Below, one piece after another: positions 37,901-49,072 of a stretch of DNA of 64,000 nucleotides. The stretch is taken from contig CM059438.1 in the NCBI GenBank assembly GCA_030390025.1, positions 54,562,001-54,626,000 on the forward strand, written 5' to 3'. Numbering within the stretch: the first letter of the stretch is position 1; each line of letters begins with the position of its first letter. The notes below the pieces were generated by a model. That model was not told the origin of the DNA and ran no database searches. It saw only the letters and a program-made list of their open reading frames with translations. This stretch comes from Squalus acanthias. Taxonomy: Eukaryota. The position numbers and the translations under genes are program-made.

Positions 37901-38585
37901 CCACATCATCAGAGCTAATATCCTTCCTTACTATTGTGTTAATCTCCTCTTTAACCAGCAATGCTACCCCACCTCCTTTTTGTTTTTGCCTGTCTTTCCT
38001 GAATATTGAATACCCCTGGATGTTGAATTCCCAGCCTTGGTCACCCTGGAGCCATGTCTCCGTAATCCCAATTATATCATATCCGTTTACATCTATTTGC
38101 GCAGCTAATTCATCCACCTTATTACGAATGCTCCTCGCATTAAGACACAAAGCCTTCAGGCTTGTTTTTTTTTAACACTCTTAGATCTTTTAGAATTATT
38201 GTTTACTGTGGCCATGTTTGATTTACACCCTTGATTTCTCTGACTGCCACTTTTGCTTTTCTCCTTCCTGTCTTTTGCTTCTATCCTTGCTTCCCTTTCC
38301 TCTGTCTCCCTGCACAGGTTCCCAACCCCCTGCCATTTTAGTTTAAACCCTTCCCAACAGCACTCGCAAACAGGAGGAGAGTGATAGACTTCAGGAAGAC
38401 ATCGACAGCTGGTGAAATGGGCAGACACGTGGCAGGTGAAATTTAACGCAGAAAAAGTGTGAAGTGATACATGTTGGTAGAAAGAATGAGGAGAGTACAT
38501 ATAAACTAAATGGTACCATCCTAAAGGGGGTGCACGAACAAAGAGACCTGGGGTATGTGTGCACAAATATTTGAAGGTGGCAGGG
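34930..38585 (+). mobile_element. Old CR1 RT fragment split in two (34930-35270 and 38373-38585) by a younger CR1
   Basis: ...DDTKLGSIVNS|EEESDRLQEDID... is contiguous once the insert is removed. Confidence 0.8.
35271..38372 (-). mobile_element. Young CR1 LINE with complete but disrupted ORF2; same subfamily as 12005-15338 and 26669-29276
   Basis: EN (37458-38150), linker and RT ORFs give peptides near-identical to the other two copies. It ends ...GYGEKAGTGY*. Confidence 0.95.
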
Positions 38586-39179
38586 AAAAAGAAGTTAAAC
38601 TTGATATAATGTAGCTTGAAAGAAAAAATAATTAACCTAAGTAACAACTACATAAGTACTAACATAGATTGAAAACTTCCAGCAATTGGAACGGGAAAAA
38701 AAATCTTTCTGCTCGAAGCGCTCTTTCCAGCTTACACAGTAAATGCACTGTTGTAGAATTATTTTTCACGGTTAAACTTTGAACTTTTTTTTTAATTTCA
38801 CATATCAGGAAATTAAAATATTGCTTTGAAACGATTACATTCCTGCACTGCATATTTGATACATTTTCAAATTTTACATTTTATTTCTTCCTGAAATGTA
38901 TTCACAAAACTTTCTAAGGCCTTTACATTCAATTTTAATGAGACCAAAATTTATTCTAAAATTCATTTGATTTGTTTTTTCTTCTTTGCAAATTTAACAA
39001 AAAGAGCACCACTGGGCTCAGTTGTAAGAACAAATAGGTCTCACATTTCATAGGATCATAGAAGTTTACAGCACAGAAGGAGGCCATTCAGTCCATCGTG
39101 TCTGAATGGCAGAAAAAAAGCTAACCAACCTAATCCCACTTTCCAGTTCTTGGTCCGTAGCCTTGTAGGTTACACAGGT

Positions 39180-39400
39180 TATCAGTGTGCATGTGGAAGC
39201 TGATCCTGGTCTGCAGATATGGGCAATAGGCAGCATGTAGATGAGGAAGAGAAGGGGGCCAACAATGGAACCTTGGAGGTCTCCGGCAGCAATGGTGTAA
39301 GGGCAGGAAGAAAAACCATTGCTATAGATGTTCTGGCTACACTCGGATAGGTAAAGAGTAGAACTAAGTAAGGACAGTTTGTAAGGACAGAGGGATCAAA
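39180..39400 (-). mobile_element. Old L2 RT fragment
   Basis: The reverse complement encodes PQGSIVGPLLFLIYMLPI. Confidence 0.7.
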
Positions 39401-42123
39401 GGAGGAAACGGTTCACCACCATCGAAGGACGTGCACCATTAGTACCTCACCCTAGTTTTTTTTAATATATTCGTTCCTGGAATGTGGGCGTCGCTGGCAA
39501 AACCAGCATTTATTGCCCATCCCTAATTGCCATCGAGAAGGTGGTGGTGAGCCGCCTTCCTGAACCGCTACAGTCCTTGTGGTGAAAGAACTCCCACAGT
39601 GCTGTTAGGGAGGGAGTTCCAGGATTTTGACCCAGTGACAATGAAGGAATGGCAATATACTTCCAAGTCAGGATGGTGTGTGACTTGGAGGGGAACTTGC
39701 AGGTGATGGTGTTCCCATGCGCCTGCTGCCCTTGTCCTTCTAGGTGGTAGAGGGCGCAGGTTTGGGAGGTGCAGCCAAAGAAGCCTTGGCAAGTTGCTGC
39801 AGTGCATCTTGTAGATGGTATACACTGCAGCCGCAGTGCGCCAATGGTGGAGGAAGTGAATGTTTAAGGTGGTCGAGGGGGTGCCAATCAAGCGGGCTGC
39901 TTTGTCCTGGATGGTGTCGAGCTTCTCGAGTGCTGTTGGAGCTGCACTCATCCAGGCAAGTGGAGAGTATTCCATCACACTCCTGACTTGTGCCTTGTAG
40001 ATGGTGGAAAGGCTTTGGGGAGTCAGGAGGAGAGACACTCATTACAGAATACCCAGCCTCTGACCTGCTCTTGTAGCCACAGTATTTATGTGGCTGGTCC
40101 AGTTAAGTTTCTGGTCAATGGTGACCTCCAGGATGTTGATGGTGGGGGATTCGGCGATGGTAATACCGTTGAATGTCAAGGGACGGTGGTTAGACTCTCT
40201 CTTGTTGGAGATAGTCATTGCCTGGCACTGTGTGGTGCGAATGTTACTTGCCACTTATCAGCCCAAGCCTGAGTGTTGTCCAGGTCTTGCTGCATACAGG
40301 CATGGACTGCTTCATTATCTGCGGAGTTCCAAATGGAACTGAATACTGTGCAATCATCAGCGAACGTCCCCACTTCTAACCTAATGATGGCGGGAAGGTC
40401 ATTGATGAAGCAGCTGAAGATGGTTCGGCCTAGGACACTGCCCTGAAGAACTCCTGTAGCGATGTCCTGGGGCTGAGATGATTGACCTCCAACAACCACA
40501 ACCATCTTCCTTTGTGCTAGTTATGACTCCAGCCAGTGGAGAGTTCTCCCCGATTCCCAGTGACTTCAATTTTACTAGGGCTCCTTGATGCCACACTCGG
40601 TCAAATGCTGCCTTGATGTCAAGGGCAGCCACTCTCAGCTCACCTCTGGAATTCAGCTCTTTTGTCCATGTTTGGACCAAGGCTGTAATGACGTCTGGAG
40701 CCAAGTGGTTCTAGCGGAACCCAAACTGAGCATCGGTGAGCAAGTTATTGGTGAGTAAATACTGCTTGATAGCACTGTCGTCGGCACCTTCCATCACTTT
40801 ACTGATGATTGAGAGGAGACTGATGGGGCGGTAATTGGCCGGATTAGATTTGTCCTGCTTTTTCTGGACAGGATATATCTGGGCAGTTTTTCACATTGTC
40901 GGGTAAATGTCAGTATTGTAGCTGTACTGGAACAGCTTGGCTAGAGGTGCGGCTAGTTCTGGAGCGCAAGTCTTCAGAACGACAGCCAGGATGTTGTTGG
41001 GGCCCATAGCCGTTGCTGTATCCAGTGCGCTCAGCCGTTTCTTGATATCATATGGAGTGAATCGAATTGGCTGAAGACTGGCTTCTGTGATGGTGGGGAC
41101 GTCAGGAGGAGGCCGATATGGATCATTCACACGGCGCTTCAGCCTTGTCTTTTGCACTCGCGTGCTGGGCTCCGCCATCATTGAGGATGGGGATATTCAT
41201 GGAGCCTCCTCCTCCCGTTAGTTGTTTAGGTACGCCTTGTGCTGCTCCTGGCATGCTCTTCTGCGCTCCTCATTGAACCAGGGTTGGTCCCCTGGCTTGA
41301 AGGTAATGGTAGAGTGAGGGATATGCCGGGCCATGAGGTTAATGATTGTGGTGGAGTACAAATCTGCTGCTGCTGATGACCCACAGCGCCTCATGGATGC
41401 CCAGTTTTGAGTTGCTAGATCTGTTCTGAATCTATCCCATTTAGCACGGTGGTTGTGCCACACAGCATAATGGAGGGTGTCCTCAGTGTGAAGGCGGGTC
41501 TTCATCACCACAAAGACTGTTCAGTGGTCACTGCTACCAATGCTGTCATGGACAGATGCATCTGCGACAGGTAGATTAGCGAGGACGAGGTCATGTAGAT
41601 GTTTCCCTCGTGTTGGTTCTCTCACCACTTTCCACAGGCTCAGTCTGGCAGCTATGTCCTTCAGGACTCGGCCAGCTCGGTCAGTAGTGGCACGACTTAG
41701 CCACTCTTGGTGATGGACACTGAAGTCCCCCACCAAGTACAATCTGTGCCCTTGCTACCCTCAGTGCTTCTTCTAAGTGGAGTTCAACATGGAGGAGTAC
41801 TGATTCATCAGCTGAGGCAGGGCGGTAGGTGGTAATCAATAGGAGGCTTCCTTGCCCATGCTTGACCTGAAGCCATGGGACTTCATGGGATCCGGAGTCA
41901 ATGTTGAGGACTCCCAGGGCCACTGCCTCCTGACTGTATACCACTGTACCGCCACCTCTGGTGGGTCTGTCCTGCCCATGGGACAGGACATACCCAGGGA
42001 TGGTGATAGAGGAGTCTGGGGCATTGGCTGAAATGTATGATTCTTTGACTATGACTATGTCAGGCTGCTGCTTGACCAGTCTGTGTGACAGCTCTCCCAA
42101 TTTTGACACAAGTCCTCAGATGT

Positions 42124-45100
42124 CGGTACCAACAACATAGGCAGAAAGAGGGATGAGGTCCTGCAAGAAGACTATAGGGAGCTAGGAAAGAGATTAAAAA
42201 GCAGGACCTCAAAGGTAGTAATCTCCGGATTACTCCCGGTGCCACGTGCTAGTGAGTACAGGAATAGGAGGATAGAACAGATGAATGCGTGGCTGGAGAA
42301 ATGGTGCAGGATGGAGGGCTTTAGATTTCTGAGGCATTGGGACCAAGCCGGACGGGTTACACCTCAACAGAGCTGGGACCAATATTCTTGCAGGGAGGTT
42401 TGCTAGTGCTGTTGGGAAGGGTTTAAACTAGCTTGGCAGGGGGGTGGGCACCAGCATATAGGAGTAGAAAAGAGGAATAAGGTGCATAAAAGAGTGAGTG
42501 TGTTGGATAGTACTAGAGAAGAAAGTAGTACTCAAGGCGGAAATAGTACCATATTAGATAGGAGCAGACTAAGCAAGACTACGAAAAATTCAAAAATGGG
42601 TTTAGAATGCATGTACGTAAACGCACAAAGTGTGGTGAATAATGTTGGTGAGCTACAAGAACGGAAACGTGGCTTAAAAACAGTGAGGACTGGGCACTTA
42701 ATATTCAAGGGTACAAGGTGTTCAGAAAAGATAGGGAAGGAAAAAAGGGAGGTGGGGTGGTAGTGCTGATTAAGGAAGACATTGTACTGTTGGAAAGGGA
42801 GGATGTTCTTGAGGGGACAAGAACAGAATCCATTTGGTTAGAGTTGAGGAGCAAAAAGGGTATGATCACGCTACTGGGGGTATTCTACAGGCCTCCAAAT
42901 AGTGAGAGGGAGGTAGAGGAGCAAACCTGCAGGGAAATCGCAGAGATATGCAAGAGCTATAGAGTGGTGATATTGAGGGACTTTAATTACCCAAATATCG
43001 ACTGGGATAATGCTAGGGTAAAGGGAAAGGAGGGGGAGGAATTTCTGAAATGTGTTCAGGAAAATTTCCTTGACCAGTATGTTCTTGGCCCAACTAGGAA
43101 GGAGGCATTGCTGGATCTGGTGCTGGGAAATGAGGTGGGCCAGGTCTGTGGGAGAACACTTGGGTACGAGTGATCATCATATCATAAGATTTAGATTAGC
43201 AATGGAGAGGAGCAAGGAACAATCTAGAGTAGAACTTCTAAACTGGAATAGGGCTGACTTCAGTGGGATGCGAAAGGATCTAGCCAGGGTAAAATGGAAC
43301 CAAAGACTGACAGGAAAAACTGTAAAGGAACAATGGGTGATTTTTAAGGAGGAAATGTTCCAAGTAAAGGCTAGGTACATTCCAACAAGAGGGAAGGGTA
43401 AGGGAACCAAAGCAAGGGCTCCTTCGATGTCGAGGGAGATAGAGAAGATGATGAAACAAAAAAAAGAGGGTGTATGATGAATGTCAGGTGAATTTTTCAA
43501 CGGAGAACCAGACCAAATACAATAAGTTGAGAGGGGAAGTGAAGATGAAAATAAGATTGGCAAAGAGAGAATATGAGAGTAGAATGGTGGTTAACATAAA
43601 AGGGAACCCAAAAATCTTCTACCGGCATGTAAACAGTAAGCGGGTAGTAAGAGGCAGGGTGGGGCCTATTAGGGACAAAGAGGGTGATATATGCTTGGAG
43701 GCGCAGGGCAAGGCTAGAATACTCAATGAGCACTTTGTATCGGTGTTTACTAAGGAGGTGGATGCTGACAAAATATTGGTAGAAGTGGAAAAGGTAGAAG
43801 CGATGGAAGGGGTGAAAATTGATAGACAGGATGTACTAGAAAGGCTGGGTATGCTTAGAGTGGATAAGTCGCGTGGTCCAGATGGCTTGCATCCCAGGTT
43901 GCTAAGGGAATTGGGGGAGGAGATAGCGGAAGGGCTTGCCATAATTTTCTAATCTTCCCTAGATGTGGGGGAGGTGCCCAAGGATTGGAAAGTGGCAAAT
44001 GTGACAGCATTGTTCAAGAAAGGGTTCAAGGACAATCCTAGTAACTACAGGCTGGTCAGTTTAACATCAGTGGTGGGTAAAGTTTTAGAAACAATAATCA
44101 AGGAAAAAATTAACGGGCACTTGGAGAGGTTTAAGCTAATTAAGGAGAGCCAACACAGATTTGTAAAAGGCAGATCGTGTTTGACTAATCTAATTGAATT
44201 TTTTGATAAAGTAACAGGGAGGATTGATGAAGGGAATGCAATGGATGTTGTCTACATGGATTTTAGGAAGGCGTTTGACAAAGTACCACATAGAAGGCTG
44301 GCTAACAAAATTGAGGCTCATAGAATAGGTGGGTCAGTGGCAACTTGGATAAGGAATTGGCTTAAGGACAGAAAACAGCGAGTTGTGGTAAATGGCTGTT
44401 TTTCAGACTGGAGGATGGTAGACAGTGGTGTTCCCCAAGGGTCAGCGCTGGGGCCACTGCTTTTTTTGATATATATATACTGTATATATATAAAAATGAC
44501 CTGGATATTGGAATACAGAGTAGAATTTCTAAATCTGCAGATGACACCAAACTTGGGGATGTGGCAAACAGTGAGGATGATACCAATCGACTGCTACAGG
44601 ACTTAGAAAGGCTAGCAGAATGGGCAGACAAGTGGCAGATGGAATTTAATACAGAGAAGTGTGAGGTGATGCATTTTGGCAGAAGGAACAGGGAGAGGCA
44701 ATATACACTTAATGGCACAGTTTTAAAGAGTGTACAGGGACAGAGGGACCTCAGAGTTAATGTGCATAGGTCCCTGAAGGTGGCAGGACATATTGAAAAA
44801 GAGTGGTTAGCAAAGTATATGGGATCTTGGGCTTCATAAATAGAGGTATTGAGTACAAAAGTAGAGAAGTTATGCTGAACCTTTATAAAGCGCTGGTTAG
44901 GCCACAACTGGAGTATTGCGTCCAGTTCTGGTCACCACACTTTAGTAAGGATGTGAAGGCACCCGAGAGGGTGCAGAGAAGATTTACCAGAATGGTTCCG
45001 GGGATGGGAGATCTTAGCTACAGGAACAGGTTGGAGAAGCTGGATTTGTTTTCATTAGAGCAAAGGAGGTTGAGGGGTGATTTGATAGACGTGTACAAGA

Positions 45101-46175
45101 TTATGACAGGTTTGGATAGGCTAGACGGGGAAAGGCTGTTCCCAAGAGTTATTGGTACAAGGACTAGGGGACACAGACTTAAGGTTTTGGGCAAGAGATA
45201 CAGGAGGAACGTGAAGAAAAACTTTTTTATGCAGCGAGTGGTGAGGACCTGGAACTCGCTGCCGACGGAAGTAGTGGAAGCGGAGACACTCGGGGAAAAA
45301 TTGAGTCGCGCCCCCTTTGAGGCGCTAACTTCGCCGGGGAGCTACTTTTAGCACCCCGAAAAAATTAGCGCCCCCGCGGCCGAAATTGAGTGGTAGCGCC
45401 CCAAGAGGGAAGCGGGGCTCTACTGGAAGCGCCCCGCCTCCCTCTTGGGGCGCTGCGAAGTAATATCGCGGCGCTACATGCCGCAGCACCATGCGCTGCG
45501 GCACGTCGCGCCGCGGTACTGCAGGCCTTCCTCCCCTCCTTAAAGGGGAGGGGCCTTGTGCAGCGTGACCCGGGGCCCAGCTGGGCCACCAGGGATCGGA
45601 GTGCCGGCAAAAGAGCCCGGCACTCAAGAGAAGTGCCAGGCTCACGGAGCACCGCCGGCACTCCGTGGATGGAGCGGGGGGGGGGGGGGGGGGGGGTTAG
45701 GAGGCCGGGGACGGCAAAGGAGGCAGGTGCTGGCAGGCGGCTAGCAACAAAAATGGCCGGCTGGCACCTCGCCTTTAATTAGCGCCGCCCCGGCCACAGG
45801 TAGGCCCCCCCTGACCCCATCATGGCCGGTCTGTCGGTAAGCCAGGGGGCGCTACCGAAGATCGCGATCGGGGTGCTGCGCACGGCGATGACGTCATCGC
45901 TGGCAGCGCACGGCGCTAACGGTTACCGCCGCCGCGCCAGGTCGCTAGTTGCTTTGCGCCCCGTTAGCGCCCTCTTAGGGCACTAACGGGAGGCGCAAAG
46001 CAACCGAATTTTTCCCCCTCAATGTTTTCAAGGGGAGACTGGATAGGCACTTGAGGAAAATAAACTTGCAGGGCTACAGGGATAGAGCGGGGGAATGGGA
46101 CTGACTGATTGCTCTGCAGAGAACCGGCGCGGACTCGATGGGCCAAATGGCCTCCTTCTGTGCCGTTATGACTCT
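42124..46175 (+). mobile_element. CR1 LINE with ORF1 esterase remnant and frameshifted ORF2
   Basis: ORF1 remnant VGTNNIG...KVVISGLLP at 42122-42430; EN and RT motifs at 42600-46105; tail ACTCTATG. Candidate TSD ATGT at 42120-42123 and 46176-46179. Confidence 0.93.
45292..46017. mobile_element. GC-rich Harbinger-type MITE (726 bp) with TSD CTC
   Basis: Perfect 11-bp TIR GGGGAAAAATT, with CTC at 45289-45291 and 46018-46020. Excision restores the CR1 peptide EVVEAETLNVFKGRLD. Confidence 0.92.
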
Positions 46176-48177
46176 ATGTTAGTGAGGAGGACTTTGCAGG
46201 GTCGACTGGGCTGGGTGGGCTGTTGTCGCGTCCGAAGTCGGTGCCAAGGTCGATGCCAGGTGGTCCGCCTGGTTTTATGCTTATTATAGTTTTCTGTAGC
46301 AGTTTGTTGCAACTGAGTGACTTGCTAGCCCATTTCAGAGGGCAGTTACATATGCCCTGTGAAGTTACATATAGGCACGACCAGATAAGGACGGCAGATT
46401 TCCTTCTCTAAAGGACATTAGTGAACCAGATGGGATTTTACGACAATCCAATAGTTTCATGGTCACCATTACTGATACTAGCTTTTTATTCTAGAAAATG
46501 CCCCAGTTGCCATGGTGGGATTTGAACTCACGTCTCTGGATCATTAGTCCAGGCCTCTGGATTAATAGTCCAGTAACATAACCACTATGCTACCATTCCC
46601 TGTGTTGTGAACCTCATGCTGTTCACCCCCAGTGACCGACCTGTCCCACCAGTAATTCACCCCAGTGTTGTGCACTTCAAACTGTTCCCACCAGCCACAA
46701 GCCAAGGTCAGACTCTTTTTCCAGCTTCAGATGGCATGGTACAAAAATTTCATACAATGCACCAGTATACATTACTGAAATCCTGATGCCGACGCTGCCA
46801 TGATTTCATTTTGCAGGCATATAGGGGAAGTGTCCCATGATTCAATCACATGGTTTACAATGAACACCTTCAAAAAAAATGCATTTCAGGCATTATCTTG
46901 TGACTGAGGGTGGTGTTTACAAAATACTTATTATTCTAAGTTTGTGGCTGAAGGAGTCTACTCTAAGCAGAGTAATTTAATTTTAATGATTCACAATCAC
47001 GAGAGTAATTCCGATATCAAATATATTTTTCCAGGCTATTCTAACCAGCAGTTCTAAAGCAAGGTAACTAGGGTGACTGAGACATACCAGCATCTTTCAA
47101 CCTTTTGATTGTACAATAATACAGCAAAATATACTTCCCCTTTAAGGGAATGTCCTAAAATGAATTATCAGGGGGGGAAAATACAGTTAATATTAAATGT
47201 AGCAGAATGTGACATTAGATACTAAGATACTAATGTTTTACCTTGAGGGTTTTTAAGTAAAATTTGCAATTTTGTTTTGTTATAATGCTCAATTAAACTT
47301 TTCTATTGAAAGTGTAATAGGATTTTGTTTCGTAAGAGCATCAAATGATTTTTAAAGAACCATATTATTACAATATTGCAATAGAAAATACTCCAGATAT
47401 GAGGAACACTAATCTAAATCTCTCAGAATTTACAAACATACAAAGAAATTTAACATTGGAATCACTACTTTGACCCAAAATAGCCAACCTGGAGCATTCT
47501 TTCCATCCCAAATTTTTGTCAGCAGTTTTAGCATAGGCACACTCGTTACAAAATGTAAAGGAGAATAAAAGAAACACATTAGGCCATAATTTGCTGTAGC
47601 AGGTCATCTAACAGCGTTGGCTGTTAGCTAGACTTGCCAGTGCACATTTAGATTTTTAATTTTTTTGCGCGGCAAGTTGCTGATTGTGCGAGCTGGTAAC
47701 ATGGCAGTAAGGGAAACAAGGAATCTGGGAGCTGAGTGAACAGGCCAAGCAACTGTGTATCTCCTTAATCAATCAGATTGAAGGATTGTGAAATTAACAG
47801 CACAAGGACTGAGAAGGAAAGGCAGCATTTATTTGCAATACCAGTGGGTTGGACCAGATTTCTGATGGGTCTATCTTGACTTCCAAGGAGACCAAACAGT
47901 TGGTCTGGAGTGTGTAACTTAATCATGCCTGCTGTAGACAACCCTGCAGTGTGTAATTAGATCCAGTCGCGTCAAGCAGCCTACAGAAAGTGGAAGTGTA
48001 GTTAGCTTTGTGAAGATCCTGTTATCTAGTGTTCTTCAACTGTAACTATAGTTGTCCTTGGCTGGTAAAATAAAAGACTTTATACTCTAAATTAGTGGGT
48101 TAATTAATTCTTTGGAGTTTTGTTTTCTTTCCTTCTGGAAGTGATAAAAATTCTTTAATTCAGAATGAAGGAACCAT

Positions 48178-48265
48178 GTGTGTGGTATGTGTGTTTGTGT
48201 GTGTGGTGTGCGCGTGTGTGTGGTGTGCGCGTGTGTGTGGTGTGCGTGTTTGTGTGCGCGTGCGT
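48178..48265. repeat. Imperfect (GT)n/(GC)n microsatellite
   Basis: Seen directly in the sequence. Confidence 0.9.
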
Positions 48266-48491
48266 GGGGAGGAAAGAGATTCAGTTCCCCATCTGCACTG
48301 AAAGTTCATCGGCACAGTCACACCAAGGACAGTCCGTTCACCCGAGTTCACACTGACCGTTTAAATGTTCTGACTGTGGGAAGAGCTTTAGAAGCCCCCG
48401 GGATTTGAGGATACACCAGCGTGCTCACACTGGGGAGAGGCCGCTCACCTGCTCAGTGTGTGAGAAGGGTTTCACTAATTCATCCGGTTGG
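48265..48491 (+). pseudogene. C2H2 (Kruppel-type) zinc-finger gene fragment
   Basis: GKRFSSPSALKVHRHSHTKDSPF is followed, after a frameshift, by [42 protein letters not shown], with a canonical TGERP linker. Confidence 0.9.
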
Positions 48492-48589
48492 GAGAATGTG
48501 ATCCACGTCTAAAAGAGGGAGAACGTGACCCGTCTTCCCATCTGAATCACGTTCTTCACCCATCCCCACTGTTCTCTCCGTGCTCTAAC

Positions 48590-48942
48590 CATCCCCCCCA
48601 ACCCCCCGAACTCCTGACCTTCTCCCCCCAAGTTCCTCACCACCCCTCCACCCAGAGTCCCTGACCTTCTCTTCTCCCCCCCCCCCAGCTCCTGACCTTC
48701 TTCCACCCCAGAGCTCCTCTCCCCCTCTCCCCCCGATTCCCTCTCCTCACTCTCCCGAGCTCCTCTCCTTTCTCTCCCCCCTCCAATTCCCTCTCCTTTT
48801 TCTCCCCCGTCCGATTCCTCTCCTCTCTCTTTTCCTCCTCTCCTCTCTCCCCTTCGATTCCCTCGCCTCTCTCCCCCCTCCAATTGCCTCTCCGATTCCC
48901 TCTCCCCTCACTGATTCCCTCTCTGATCCCCTGACCTTCTCC
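48590..48942. repeat. Polypyrimidine low-complexity tract with recurring CCGATTCCCTCTCC / CCTGACCTTCT units
   Basis: Seen directly in the sequence. Confidence 0.85.
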
Positions 48943-48956
48943 ACAGGGAGGAAAGG

Positions 48957-49072
48957 GTAAGTGCGGTTCAGGCCACAGCGCTGTGGCCGGCGCATGCGCA
49001 TTTGGAACCTCTGGTGCGCATGCGCAGCCGCAATGTCGGATGCGCATGCGCGGTTCCAGTGGGGGCGGGACG
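48957..49072. promoter_or_regulatory. Promoter-like CpG block: three NRF1-type motifs, GC box, 18-bp palindrome, splice-donor-like site
   Basis: GCGCATGCGC at 48990, 49016 and 49042; GGGGCGGG at ~49062; GGCCACAGCGCTGTGGCC at 48971-48988; GTAAGT at 48957. Function is untested. Confidence 0.55.

Larger units (their letters stand above)
39456..46600 (-). mobile_element. Near full-length family B LINE (tRNA-like head, APE + RT), split by a CR1 at 42124-46175
   Basis: The head has A and B boxes at 46517-46594. The EN start KVLLTN|I.GLVSKLGEL spans the insertion. GDF and SDH (EN), RT motifs and a 3' tail with A-run at 39456-39463 follow. Confidence 0.88.

Noticed and set aside
46517..46594. Functional tRNA gene
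   Set aside because: A-to-B box spacing is expanded by an internal duplication (CTGGACTA twice), there is no clean cloverleaf, and it is contiguous with retroelement sequence.
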